IMG/VR virus record: IMGVR_UViG_3300022666_000111
From: a virus
Lineage: Duplodnaviria; Caudoviricetes
Direction: 5' to 3' (one strand)
DNA: 64,000 bases
Shown here: positions 29,320 through 39,993 of the stretch, piece by piece
How positions within the stretch are numbered: position 1 is the stretch's first letter
How the letters are laid out: every line of letters starts with the position of its first letter
The notes under the pieces: model-generated
What the model saw: the letters and a program-made list of their open reading frames with translations, nothing else
Told to the model about the DNA's origin: nothing
The model's database searches: none
Made by a program: the position numbers and the translations under genes

Positions 29320-30003
29320 CTACACCGTGGGGAAGACCTTACCGTCGCGCAAGCGGATGGTTGTGATGACGCGGGTTTCGGTGAGCTTTTGGATTTGGCG
29401 GATGGCGCCGGGGGTAGACTTGTAGTGGTGTTTGATTTGGGCGAGGGCGTCTTTGAGGGGCGTTCCGGGGTGGGCCTTGGCGAAGTCGGTGAGGTTGATG
29501 ACGGTTTGCTTGAAGGGGGTCCAAGCGCCGGATTGGCTACCGGCTGGGCAGAAGGTTTTCTGCTCTTCGTGGAGGCGCCAGCGGGCGGAGCCTGGGCGGT
29601 TGGTAGGGGAGAGGGTTTCGGTGACGTTGCGTGAGACTTCGATGAGGCCGATACCTTTCCAGACGAGGACTTCTTTGGCGAAGCGTGTCACGTCGGTTTT
29701 GCGTCGGAACGGGACGGCGACCGAGACGCGTTGGGCGTAGGGGACCCAGCGGTTGGCTTGGGAGAGGACTTCGAGGTTGAGGTTGCATTTGACCTCGATG
29801 ACCCAGATGGTCATATCTTGGCGTGCGACGATGTCGGCGCGGTTGCCTAAGAAGTCGACCTCTTGGAAGACCTCCCAGCCCAGGTCTTTCAGCCAGGCGA
29901 CGACGGGGGCTGCGACGTCGGTTTCGGCGAGACGCGGCTTACGGTTGCGCCTCGACTTTGGTAGTACAGGATGACGTTTCTTGCGGGTTTTCCTTCGGAC
30001 CAT
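29320..30003 (-). CDS. PD-(D/E)xK nuclease-fold protein
   Basis: E...GWEVFQEV...RADIVA...VIEVK...QA. Confidence 0.75.
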   Translation of the reverse strand: MVRRKTRKKRHPVLPKSRRNRKPRLAETDVAAPVVAWLKDLGWEVFQEVDFLGNRADIVARQDMTIWVIEVKCNLNLEVLSQANRWVPYAQRVSVAVPFRRKTDVTRFAKEVLVWKGIGLIEVSRNVTETLSPTNRPGSARWRLHEEQKTFCPAGSQSGAWTPFKQTVINLTDFAKAHPGTPLKDALAQIKHHYKSTPGAIRQIQKLTETRVITTIRLRDGKVFPTV

Positions 30004-30088
30004 TTTGCTATTGGGGCGGCCTCTACAATGGTGTTGCCCTCGACGAGGAGGCCGAAGCAAGCGTAGGGCAAGACGACGCGCAGGAGGG

Positions 30089-30340
30089 TCAAGCGCAAGC
30101 CTCGCTCATGCGGATAGCTTCCCAGAGGGAGGGGCGTTGTTCGGGCATGAGGGCGTAGGTTTGTCCGCCGCGTGGGCCGGGCTTACTGGCTCGCACGACC
30201 TTGCCACGTTTGACGAGGCGGGTCAGCGCGGTCGATACGCAAGAGGGGTCGGCCTTGAGGCGGCGGGCCACTTGCGTAGCGGAGAGAGGGCTTTCGGTTT
30301 GAAGCTCGCGGAGGATTCTCTGTGGTAGTGTCGCCATCAT
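30089..30340 (-). CDS. Winged-helix DNA-binding protein
   Basis: LSATQVARRLKADPSCVSTALTRLVKRGKV. Confidence 0.75.
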   Translation of the reverse strand: MMATLPQRILRELQTESPLSATQVARRLKADPSCVSTALTRLVKRGKVVRASKPGPRGGQTYALMPEQRPSLWEAIRMSEACA

Positions 30341-31615
30341 TTGCGCTTTGGCATTGGAGGAATCGCTACCGTCGTCGCAACACCATCCCCGGTTCGCGTA
30401 TAGCTAAACGACCAACGACGAGGCCGGTATTCAGACAGGACCCCTACGTAGGTCAAGGTAGTCATCCCGGCTCTATAGGAGGTTACGGTTAGGACTTCGC
30501 GTGTATGGTAGCCGTCTTTGTTGTGTTCGAGGGGGACTTCGTAGAGCACGCGGCCTTTGGTGCGTTTGCATGGGATGCGTGTTCTTTTGCTTCCGAGGTT
30601 GGTTGTGAGGAAGACGCCGCATTCGGGGGAGGGTTTGAGCGATCCCTCGTGGAATGACGTGTCGTCGATTTCTATGACGAGGCGGCCGGGGTAGACTTCG
30701 GGGATGATGCGGATGGGTCCGTCGAAGGAGATGAGCATGGTGAAGAACTACACCGTAGGGCCGAAGACGATCCTGCGGTAGGTCTTGATTGCTTCGGCGG
30801 CCATGGTTCGAAACTCGTCCTTCTCGTGCTCCTCGAGGCTATCCCAGGGGGTTCGGGGGCGTCCGGTAGCGGCCAGGTAGTCCTCGTCGGACATGCCGCC
30901 GTCTACGCGATAGATTGCCATTGCGACGCGGTCGTTGACGCTTGGCATCAGAAGGTCTCCGTCACGATGCGGACCTCGGGCGTCGCCCGGATGGTTTCGA
31001 TGTCTCTACGGGTGGTGAGGGGGTTTCGTTCACGGGGGTCGGGGCGTGGGATGCTGGCGCCTTCGGGCCAGGTTTCAAGGGGCGGGACCCTAATGGTGAT
31101 GCCGTAGAAGTAGCGGATGTTCTGGTAGGCGCCGTCTTCGTCGGTTTGGATGTAGCCGTCGACGGCGACGATGGGGCCGGGAGGGCCTTTGTAGTTTGGG
31201 CCGCAGGGGTAGATGCGGGCGTCTGGGCCAAGGACGCAGAGCGTGACTTCTGCTTTTTGCATGGGGGCGATCCGAATTTCCTTGAGAGGTTGAAGGAGAT
31301 GCCGGGGAGCAGGACGCCGATGGCTTGGATGGACCCTGTCCAGAAGGATGCCGGTTTGCGAAGGTCCAGGTAGTAGCTTGGCCCGTCCGGGATGACGATC
31401 TTGTAGGTCCCTTCGATAGCGGGGATCAGGGTTTCATAGCTGCCGCGCTTGGGGATCGCTTTCCAGATCGACGTCCCGTCTCCGCAGGAGACCTTTCGGA
31501 GGACCTCTCCGCTGGTATGCGGGTCGCGGGGAAAGATCACAACGGAGAGCGTTCGATCTTTGGCAGGGTTCAGGTGGAAGTTCTCGGGGGAGATGTTTAC
31601 AATCATGCTGATCTC

Positions 31616-32308
31616 CTAGAAAAGGTCTTCGTCCATGAGCTTGTCGTAAGCGGTGTGGACGGGGTCGGCGGTCATCCGCGTTGGGGCGACGATCGCGTAG
31701 TTCCAATCGTTGTACAATTCGGGGAGGGCGACCTGGATGAATTCGGGCTCGTTATGAGGGTACGGGCTTCGGGGGAGCCCGAGCGTAACCACGGGGATAC
31801 GGGCCATCCTTCCGGGGGCTTCTTCGATGGTGCTTAGGGATGCCACAATCCTGTAAGACTTGCGCATATCCGGGGGCGCCCAGATTTGACCCTCTTCGAC
31901 GGTGTGGCAGAGCACGCATTCGTAGTAGAGGTGCTGCTCCTGCGGATCGTCGTAGGACGACGCGAGGTTGCGTCGTTGGAGGTTGTAGCCCTCCCCGTAA
32001 TGCACGCCGACGCCGATGCGGGGTTTCATGAGGTGGATGACGCCTTCGGAATCCCGAAGCCAGCATTCCTTCGTGATCGGCTTTCTGGGGTCAAAGCTAA
32101 CGTGCCCCTCATAGACCCAGCCCCGGGCGCCTACGAGAATGAAGCCTCTCCGGAGGTCCGTATTCGAGACACGGACCTCGATGAGGTCACCAATAGGCTC
32201 GGGGCCGAGGATCTGTAGGGTAGCCTGGTCGACGGTGACGAAGTCGATGTCGTGCGACTTGTTTTGGTCGTAGATGTTGAGGATCCGGTGCCGGAGGGTC
32301 TTTCTCAC
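31616..32308 (-). CDS. Hypothetical protein with C-terminal acidic tag
   Basis: Ends TAYDKLMDEDLF. Confidence 0.7.
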   Translation of the reverse strand: MRKTLRHRILNIYDQNKSHDIDFVTVDQATLQILGPEPIGDLIEVRVSNTDLRRGFILVGARGWVYEGHVSFDPRKPITKECWLRDSEGVIHLMKPRIGVGVHYGEGYNLQRRNLASSYDDPQEQHLYYECVLCHTVEEGQIWAPPDMRKSYRIVASLSTIEEAPGRMARIPVVTLGLPRSPYPHNEPEFIQVALPELYNDWNYAIVAPTRMTADPVHTAYDKLMDEDLF

Positions 32309-33651
32309 GGGATCTCCTTGGCGAGGCGGAGGAGGGTTTCACGTTCGTTGAGGGAGGGGTCGTCGGTCACGGATTCGAGGAGTGCATTGAGGACGCGGCC
32401 GACGCGGGGGCCTGGGGCGATCCCGAGGGCCTCCATGACGTCGCGGCCGTTGATGACGAGGACCTTCGTGGAAGTTGGGATGGTCTCCGTCACGCTCATC
32501 CGTGCGACCCGATCGCGGAGGGCGTCGATGAGCGTCTCCTCCAGGGCGACCTTGGCGGGGCCTTTGCCGTCGATGTCTGCGTGGGCCAAGGTGCAGAAGT
32601 CGGGGACGTTGTCGAGCCCAACCTTGCGGACCCAGCGGCGGACGGCGGGGGCGCCGTGGTCAGCTTCGTAGCGGATGTAGTGGTGCCGCACGAAGTGAAC
32701 GATCGCTTCCAAGTCTTCCGTGGCGAATCGCAGCCGGGTCAAGATCTCCCGCGTCATGTCAGCCCCTACGACCTCGTGGTTGTAGAAGGTTGCGTCTCCT
32801 GTCACCGGGTGGGCCTCCTTCACGGCGGGCTTGCCGATGTCATGGAATAGGGCGGCGAAGCGCAGCAAGGGCTTCGTAGCCGGGACACGGTCAAGCGTAA
32901 CCAAGGTGTGCTCCCACACGTCGAAGGCGTGGTACTTGTTCTGGGCGCACCCAAAGCTCGCCTTGAATTCCGGAATGAAGACCTCGAGCATCCCCGTCTC
33001 CGCCATGACGCGGAAGGCGACCGAAGGCTTGACCGAGCCCTTCATGATCTTGAAGAGTTCGTCGTGGACGCGCTCGATCGAGACTTTCGAGAAGACTTCG
33101 AGGTTTGGGCGAATACCCTCGAGGGTCTCGGGTTCGATGCTGAAGCCCAGGGTTGCCGCGAATCGGGCGGCGCGCATGACGCGCAAGCCGTCCTCGTGGA
33201 ACCTGCGGCGGGGGTCGCCTACGGCTCGGATGACTTTGTTTGCGATGTCGGCCATACCTCCGAAGGGGTCGACGGTTCGGTCGTCGATCGGGTCGTAGGC
33301 GATGGCGTTCATGGTGAAGTCGCGCCGGGCCAGGTCGTCTTCGATCCGGTCGAGGAAGCTCACAGCGTCGGGGCGTCGTCCGTCCGTGTAGTCCCCGTCC
33401 CCACGGTACGTCGTCACCTCGAAACCGGTACCGTCCACGATGGCCGTCACGGTTCCATGTTGGATGCCGGTCAGGATGACACGGGGGAAAATGCGGAGCA
33501 TGACTTCTGGGCGGGCGTTGGTAGCGATGTCCCAGTCATGGGCTTCTCGGCCCATGATGAAGTCGCGGATAGCGCCACCGACCAGGAAGGCTTCGTAGCC
33601 CTCACGGCGGAGGGTCTGGCAGATACGGAGTGCTTCGGGAGGGATTTGCAT
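32305..33651 (-). CDS. cca: CCA-adding tRNA nucleotidyltransferase with HD domain
   Basis: VGGAIRD, DWDIAT, DLARRDFTMNA, EDGLRVMRAARF, HDIGKP; leaderless class-1 promoter. Confidence 0.92.
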   Translation of the reverse strand: MQIPPEALRICQTLRREGYEAFLVGGAIRDFIMGREAHDWDIATNARPEVMLRIFPRVILTGIQHGTVTAIVDGTGFEVTTYRGDGDYTDGRRPDAVSFLDRIEDDLARRDFTMNAIAYDPIDDRTVDPFGGMADIANKVIRAVGDPRRRFHEDGLRVMRAARFAATLGFSIEPETLEGIRPNLEVFSKVSIERVHDELFKIMKGSVKPSVAFRVMAETGMLEVFIPEFKASFGCAQNKYHAFDVWEHTLVTLDRVPATKPLLRFAALFHDIGKPAVKEAHPVTGDATFYNHEVVGADMTREILTRLRFATEDLEAIVHFVRHHYIRYEADHGAPAVRRWVRKVGLDNVPDFCTLAHADIDGKGPAKVALEETLIDALRDRVARMSVTETIPTSTKVLVINGRDVMEALGIAPGPRVGRVLNALLESVTDDPSLNERETLLRLAKEIP

Positions 33652-33680
33652 GGCTCTTGTATGCCGAGCCTCACGGGTGA

Positions 33681-34211
33681 TCAACCCCAATAAACGTAGA
33701 GGCCCTCTTGGAGGCTCGGGATGATCTCTGGTACACCGGCAAGGATGCAGAGGCCGACGACGCCGGGCGAGATTTGTCCGAGGGCGTAGGGATAGAGCCC
33801 GTGGGTGACCTTGTGAAAGCGGGGGCGCTGGCTGTGCCGTTCGGTCTCCTCAATCCAATCCAGCGTTGTGTCGTAGCGGAACCACGATTTGTACTCCAAG
33901 GGATCGATGAAGAGGGTGAGCCGTTTGAGCCCGAATTCCGGATCGTGCATGACGCATTGGCTCATGCTGTGGAAGGCAGGCTTGTGCTCGGCGGCAATCG
34001 CGATGTAGAGACTCACGTTGGAAAGCGGTGACTCCCGGGAGTAGCGTGTATCCTTGGGCGCTGGGGTAGCGGCGGCCACGGCGTCCTTGTTCTTCCGGAG
34101 CCACTTGAGATACTTGGGAAAGTCCATGGCGTAGAGCATCTCCGAGGTCTCTTCGGAGATCTTAGCCTTTCGCGTAGCCCAGCCGATTGCCTTATGGACG
34201 CGGATTCCCAT
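33681..34211 (-). CDS. Hypothetical protein
   Basis: 176-aa ORF ending YVYWG. Confidence 0.65.
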   Translation of the reverse strand: MGIRVHKAIGWATRKAKISEETSEMLYAMDFPKYLKWLRKNKDAVAAATPAPKDTRYSRESPLSNVSLYIAIAAEHKPAFHSMSQCVMHDPEFGLKRLTLFIDPLEYKSWFRYDTTLDWIEETERHSQRPRFHKVTHGLYPYALGQISPGVVGLCILAGVPEIIPSLQEGLYVYWG

Positions 34212-34553
34212 CGATCTCCTCCTCGAGCGCTTTGGCTTGTTGGTGGTCGGTATCTCGCTCGGCGGGCCATAGCTTCTCCCAAGGCGTCTCGGCGATCGTT
34301 CGCCAGCGTTGGGCGAGCTGTGCCGGGATGATAAGGGTGCCGTTCGGGCCTGGGGTGCATCGTGAGAAGAGGAACGTCATGAAGGCGGACCACTCACGGT
34401 GGATGAAGCGGGCGATGATTTCATTCCTCGTCGGAGGGCTCGGCATCGGGGGGTTCGGTTTCCTCGTCGCCCTTGCGGTGTTCCGGGCAACGCCAAACGT
34501 ACTCATTCTGGCCGTAGTTGTTCTCAACGTAGCCCCACCCCTGCTTGACGGCT

Positions 34554-34925
34554 TCAGCCGCATTTCTTGAGGTCTTGCGGCAGACCCAATTCGAGCATCT
34601 TACGGGCACGGGCTTTCTCCCACTCTTGAACGTCTTCCTTGTAGGTGCGGAGGCTGTTTACGTCCTCCCAGTAGACGGTTTCACGGTTTCCGAAGTCCCA
34701 AAGGACCGGGACCCTGTTATCAAGCAGTCCCTGGGCTCTACACCAGGCGACGTGGGCTTTGACATCGGCCCTCTTGGGCTTTGCCATGGGGAAGGCTATG
34801 CTTCCGGCCCAGGCGCGGGGGTCGTCAACCGCAAGGACCCGTCCTGCCCAGGGGCGTCCCCAGCAATCAGGGTGACAAGCTGCCCAAGGCCAACGTTGCG
34901 CTCCTACGAGGGTTCCGGTCTTCAT
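34554..34925 (-). CDS. Hypothetical protein
   Basis: ATG at +33 of class-1 promoter. Confidence 0.65.
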   Translation of the reverse strand: MKTGTLVGAQRWPWAACHPDCWGRPWAGRVLAVDDPRAWAGSIAFPMAKPKRADVKAHVAWCRAQGLLDNRVPVLWDFGNRETVYWEDVNSLRTYKEDVQEWEKARARKMLELGLPQDLKKCG

Positions 34926-35291
34926 GGGGGTACTATGCCGGAGCGGGATGTGGATCAACCGAAAGAGGCTCACTGAATCTTTCTTATGACCCAGAGGCTG
35001 TACACCGTGCTGCATGCTACGGCGAGGCCCCCGACCCACAGCTTACCCAGGCAAGCGGCAATCGGGAAGGCTTCAAGGGCCACAAACCACGTTGCGACCA
35101 TCGAGAATAGCAGCCTCATCCCGCGTCTGTTTTCCTCCGCTGCCAACCGGGCGCGTTCCTTCGGTCGCACGATGACGACGCAGTCGAAGCAATCACATGT
35201 ACTGTCATGGGGGTACTTCGGCGGAGGTGGGGGTGTTTTGATTACCTCGCCCAGGTAGGGTGCTGGACTTCGGTAGGGATTCATTGACATC

Positions 35292-35774
35292 TCACGAGGC
35301 GAAGGGGTTGTCGGTGTAGCGCCAGCCGGTCTCGGTTGAGCGGCCGATGCCGCGTTCTTCGAGAAGGTCGTAAGCCTTGAAGACCATCTCCTCGTCGCGG
35401 CCGAGCCAAGCTGCGGCTTCGGGGGCTTTGAGGGAGGCGATGCCGCGTTCGCAAGCGGGGTTGATGTGTCCGCCCGCTTCGAGGATAACGTTGGCGACCG
35501 TCTCGACCGCCTTGGAGGGTGCCTTGAGGAGGAGGCAGAGGTTCTTGGCGACCGCTTCGGCCGTCCCGCGAAATTCCGCCGTAGAGTCTGCGAGGCTGGC
35601 GCTGCCAACTCTCACGAACATCTCGTTGACGCCCATGAGGTCGGCCGAAGCCTTGGGGAGTCGGTGGACGTACACGGTGCCGACCCGGGAAACCTTGATC
35701 TCGGTCCATTCGCCGATCGTGCTGCTGCGGAGGGTTTCTGCGATCTTGGTGGTGCGGGCTTCGTGTGTAGTCAT
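35292..35774 (-). CDS. Hypothetical protein
   Basis: ATG at +33 of class-1 promoter. Confidence 0.7.
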   Translation of the reverse strand: MTTHEARTTKIAETLRSSTIGEWTEIKVSRVGTVYVHRLPKASADLMGVNEMFVRVGSASLADSTAEFRGTAEAVAKNLCLLLKAPSKAVETVANVILEAGGHINPACERGIASLKAPEAAAWLGRDEEMVFKAYDLLEERGIGRSTETGWRYTDNPFAS

Positions 35775-35838
35775 GTCCCTAGTATGCCGAGGGGTGTAGG
35801 TGATCAACGAGATAATGCTCTTTTCATCGCTTTGAGGT

Positions 35839-37230
35839 ATGCGTCCCAGGTACTCCTATGATCGTCGCGCTCATCAACAGGATTCTCGGCTACGTCTTGC
35901 TGGTGGTATTGATCTGCTTCCAGGTGAGGATGCAATCGCTCTTCTGAAAGGATTTCCCTTGGAGGGCTTGCGCTCCAAGGACATCGCCCTTGCCACGTAC
36001 CTCTTCGACACATCGGCGGGGGAGCACCCTGGGATCGCCGACTTCCGTGACAAGCTCGCGGAAGAGTACGCCTCACGGTTTGCGGATTGGCTGGGCTACG
36101 TCTTCTTGAACCGCGCCAACAAGACGCAATCCTCCAAGGCCATGAAGGCTCTGGAGGACGCTTTGGGGGATTGGGTCGAGAGCCTTCCGAACATGCTCTC
36201 GGGGCGCCCTGAGCCTCTCACGAAGTCCATCCCCGAAGAGGCCGCGCGATTCTTGGTCTTGGACAAGATCGACGCGATCGGCGAGAAGATCTTCAAGGTC
36301 GTCCGCATGGAGTACATGAAAGCGGGATCCGGGGAGCGTAACGCCAACCTCGAGGCGCTTCCGATCACGTATGACCGTGGGCGCGCGGAGTACGTCATCC
36401 CCAAGAGCGCCTTGACCTTTGCCAACCGCGCGAAGCTGCGCGACCTTGGGTTCGACTTCGACGGCGCGGTTTGGCATACCAAGACCCTTGACCAGCGGGC
36501 CTTAGATGAGCTGCCCTCCGCAGGAGCTGCCATTCAGCGAGGGACGGTCAAGCCGGTCACACCATCCCTCGACGCACACGATTGGTTCTTCAACGAATGG
36601 CTCCCGTCGAACATCAGCCGCTTCTCGAAGATCTTCACGGACTTCGGCCGGGGGCAGGGCGTCCCTTACGAATTCAAGTTCGTGGTTCAAGGAGACGACG
36701 TCACGGTTAACTTCGAACGGAACATCACGACGGTCGCGGCGGCTATCCAAGAGCTTCGTGCGCGCTACGGTAAGGCCGGAGATCGTGAGGGATGGATGGG
36801 CGCGGTAGAATGCTACGACATGCTCAAGCGAGCCCACGGACGGGCAGCTATCGCGGCCGTTGACCGCGCCAACGACCTTCAGCACAGCCACGGGTCCATG
36901 ATCGAACACTTCCCGCCCGACGTCCGTGACTGGTATCCAGCCTTCCTCGATTTCAAGTTCTCGGCATCGCAGATCCAGATTGCCCGGTCGATCCAAGACC
37001 AGGACCTCAAGGAGCTGGCCTTGGCGATCGTCACGACACCTGACCCCAAGGATCGCTATCGCCCGTCTCAGACGGATACGAGAACGGTTCGTGGGCTTGC
37101 CATGGAGGTCGCGGCGCAGCCAGGCAAGGCAGGCAAGAAGAAGCGCCTCCAGATCACCCGTAAGCTCTACCCCGACATGTACGACGATGTCGTGAAGGAG
37201 CTGGAGTCTCGGGGGCTCAGCCTCACCTAA
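35839..37230 (+). CDS. Hypothetical protein (463 aa)
   Basis: Long ORF with typical codon bias; function not recognised. Confidence 0.75.
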   Translation: MRPRYSYDRRAHQQDSRLRLAGGIDLLPGEDAIALLKGFPLEGLRSKDIALATYLFDTSAGEHPGIADFRDKLAEEYASRFADWLGYVFLNRANKTQSSKAMKALEDALGDWVESLPNMLSGRPEPLTKSIPEEAARFLVLDKIDAIGEKIFKVVRMEYMKAGSGERNANLEALPITYDRGRAEYVIPKSALTFANRAKLRDLGFDFDGAVWHTKTLDQRALDELPSAGAAIQRGTVKPVTPSLDAHDWFFNEWLPSNISRFSKIFTDFGRGQGVPYEFKFVVQGDDVTVNFERNITTVAAAIQELRARYGKAGDREGWMGAVECYDMLKRAHGRAAIAAVDRANDLQHSHGSMIEHFPPDVRDWYPAFLDFKFSASQIQIARSIQDQDLKELALAIVTTPDPKDRYRPSQTDTRTVRGLAMEVAAQPGKAGKKKRLQITRKLYPDMYDDVVKELESRGLSLT

Positions 37231-37475
37231 GCGATCGGGGTGAGCCGGATAGGCGTGTGCATATCCGGAACGATCGCGGTTTCTCCTACCTCGTTGTCCC
37301 TTGCAAGCCGGAACTTCCGTCCGTAGCGAACGCTCACGGGATTGTGGGCGTTGTCATACTCTCGGATGACTTCGATGTAGGTTCCGGGAAACGATCGCTC
37401 GAAGTAACGGATGACGTTGGGCATGTTGCCAAGGGGGCTGCCATGGAAGGATTCGCGACGGTGTAGGGGGTGGGC

Positions 37476-38159
37476 ATGAAGGTTAAGCGAATTCCGGGCA
37501 TTACGATCGAGGTTGAAAGCACGGAGGGGCTGTCGGCCCAAGAAGTGATCCTCGACCAGAACTACTACCCTTGGCACATTCGTAAGCTGGACCACGGGTC
37601 CGGAGTCATTCGGATTGAGCCCGCCCGATCTGACACGCCACCTGACGATCCTCGGGAGATCTATCTCTATGAGGGTGCGGCTAGGCGGGCGCGATTCGCG
37701 CGTCTCGTTGAGTACATGGCGCACATCGAAGCGCTTGACTTGGAGATCATGGAGGTCCAATTGGGGAGGGGCACAGCCCTCGAGATCCCAGAGGGTGTCA
37801 AGATCCCAACCCAAGAGCACGGCACGGTCAACCCGGAATTTGTTGTGCTTGTAACGCGGTACGGCGATAGCAAGGGCACCCGCATTCAATGGGGGCCGCT
37901 TCCGCTCTATGCGCTCACGACGCCCTCACGCTGGCCCTTCAAGGCGATCCTCCGGTCGTCCAAGAGGGACGTCTGCATTGACATCAGCCCCGGGGGCTTT
38001 GATGTTCATGACGACGCCTTCCACACGTATTGCAAGACCATCCACGACGCGCTTGCGCTTGCGGGCACCGTCATTGAATCGGGCTGGGAGAATGCCCTCC
38101 GGACCTTCTCGAAAGAGGTCCGGATCGGCTTCTTCGATGAGTTCCAGGTCCGGGGCTAG
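37476..38159 (+). CDS. Hypothetical protein
   Basis: ATG 9 nt after GGTGTAG. Confidence 0.65.
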   Translation: MKVKRIPGITIEVESTEGLSAQEVILDQNYYPWHIRKLDHGSGVIRIEPARSDTPPDDPREIYLYEGAARRARFARLVEYMAHIEALDLEIMEVQLGRGTALEIPEGVKIPTQEHGTVNPEFVVLVTRYGDSKGTRIQWGPLPLYALTTPSRWPFKAILRSSKRDVCIDISPGGFDVHDDAFHTYCKTIHDALALAGTVIESGWENALRTFSKEVRIGFFDEFQVRG

Positions 38160-38761
38160 TCAATCGCGCAGTACTGATGGTACTTGATCCCCTCGGCTCG
38201 GATCGCTTCAAGAAGCTCGTAGAAGCGCATCCCCTTGATCGCAGCCTCGTTAGCTTGGACCCAGCGGTAAAGCGCCGGGATGCTCTTCTTGCCGCCCGAG
38301 ATGGCCGGGATAGCCGTGGGGACGTTGTGATGGTCAGTGACGTCCCGGATGGTGAAGTCACTGTAGGAAGCCTCTAGGTAGAGTCGCTCCGTGTGGATCT
38401 TGATCGTCTTGAATCCAGCCGGTGTCACCTCGATCCCCTTGACGTATTGAACCTCGACCGTAGCGTTGAAGAGCTTTGACTGTTCATTGGCGATGTCGAT
38501 CATCTTCGCCATGTCCGCCCCTCGGTTCGCCCACATGACGAATTCAAGGGCGTTGCTCTCCATGGGGTTAAGTCGGCTGCGGAAGTTGTAGACCGTGACG
38601 ATGCCGACCGTCTTGCCCCGCTTGCCTGCGTTGGCCAGCTCGGTGACCTTGATGCTGTCGGCGTAGCGATGGATCCGCCAGCCTTTGACTTCCTTGGTCT
38701 CGCCCATGCGAAAGTCTTCGGGGTCGTGGCGGTTGTCATTGGAGGCTTCGATGTTCATCAT
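38156..38761 (-). CDS. Hypothetical protein
   Basis: ATG at +33 of class-1 promoter. Confidence 0.7.
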   Translation of the reverse strand: MMNIEASNDNRHDPEDFRMGETKEVKGWRIHRYADSIKVTELANAGKRGKTVGIVTVYNFRSRLNPMESNALEFVMWANRGADMAKMIDIANEQSKLFNATVEVQYVKGIEVTPAGFKTIKIHTERLYLEASYSDFTIRDVTDHHNVPTAIPAISGGKKSIPALYRWVQANEAAIKGMRFYELLEAIRAEGIKYHQYCAID

Positions 38762-39597
38762 GCCCCTAGTATGCCGGAGGGTCTAAGGGATCAACGTCAT
38801 TTGCCAGGATGCTCAAACATCCCGCGAAGGGTCCAGCCTGTCATGAAGGCTCCGAATTCGAAGTCCGAGCTGATGACGACGTTGTAGATCGTGGGGCGCC
38901 TATCCCAAAGGTTGACATCGATCCGGAACTTCCTGGCTACGCCCTCGGTTCCACGCCATTCCTTGAACCAGGCGTTGAAGTCATCGGGAGTGTCGTCCTC
39001 CTCGATGGTAATCGTGACGATTGAGAACGGCGCGCCCCTGTATTCGAGTGTGGTGGTGCCGCTAACCAACATGGCTGTCCCTTTCGATCCCGGCTCGAAA
39101 GGCCAGGAAGGTTGTTTTGCCCGTCGTGACGGTGATAGTCTTGCCCTCGTCGAGGTCTTTGGGGTTGGTGAGAAAGAGGCTCATCCCGGAAGCCTTGACC
39201 ATACGCTCGAGGCGGCGCACGGCTGCTTCCGGTGTTGTGCAGACTTTCTTGTCGATGAGGGTGTAGCCCTCGAGATGTAAGGCTATGTAGAGCATCTCAA
39301 ATCTCCATGACGTAGGGCTCACCGCGCGAATTGAGCGGGAGCACGAAGGATCGGGCCATCTTGACGTCGTTGACCTCAAAGGTCTCTACCCCGGTAAGAG
39401 GCGAGGGTGACGTAGTTCGCGTTCCTGTAGCGAAGGCGTAGGGCCTTCCGACCGTGTAGATCGTCTGGGCGCCGGGGGCGTGGACCACCTTGAGGATGAC
39501 GCAATCCGAGAAGGGCTCCATTGTCCCATCTGCATTGACCATCCTGACGATCATCCCGGATTCAAGAACCTGGTTTGTGATGTGTGCTTCAGGCATT

Positions 39598-39912
39598 TCA
39601 GACCTCTTCTCCTGCAAAGCCCGCGATTTGTTCGTAGCCAGATCCGCCGTGGGTCGCGCATGAGCCCGGCCCGCTCCAGCGGTCGTGGCTGTTCGAGCTG
39701 ATGGTGCGGACCTTTCGGGGCACCCCGCGCTCACCGACCGTGAGGCCCTGCTTGCGCGCCTCTTGGATGACGGCGTAGGTCGCGCATCCGATGTCCTTGG
39801 CGATCTCGTCCAAGGAAGCCCAAGGCGCTGTCGTCTCGTCGTCGCCCAGGAGGTCTTCGACGAGGTTGGTGACGGCTTCGGCGATCAGGGTAGCGAGGGT
39901 GGCGTTAATCAT
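39598..39912 (-). CDS. Hypothetical protein
   Basis: ATG at +33 of class-1 promoter, divergent from ArdC-like gene. Confidence 0.65.
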   Translation of the reverse strand: MINATLATLIAEAVTNLVEDLLGDDETTAPWASLDEIAKDIGCATYAVIQEARKQGLTVGERGVPRKVRTISSNSHDRWSGPGSCATHGGSGYEQIAGFAGEEV

Positions 39913-39993
39913 GCCCCTGGTATGCCGCTGCCTGGTGTGGATCAACAGGTTTCTTTTCTGTTGATCGGTCGGTCGCCCGAGCATACCAGGGGC

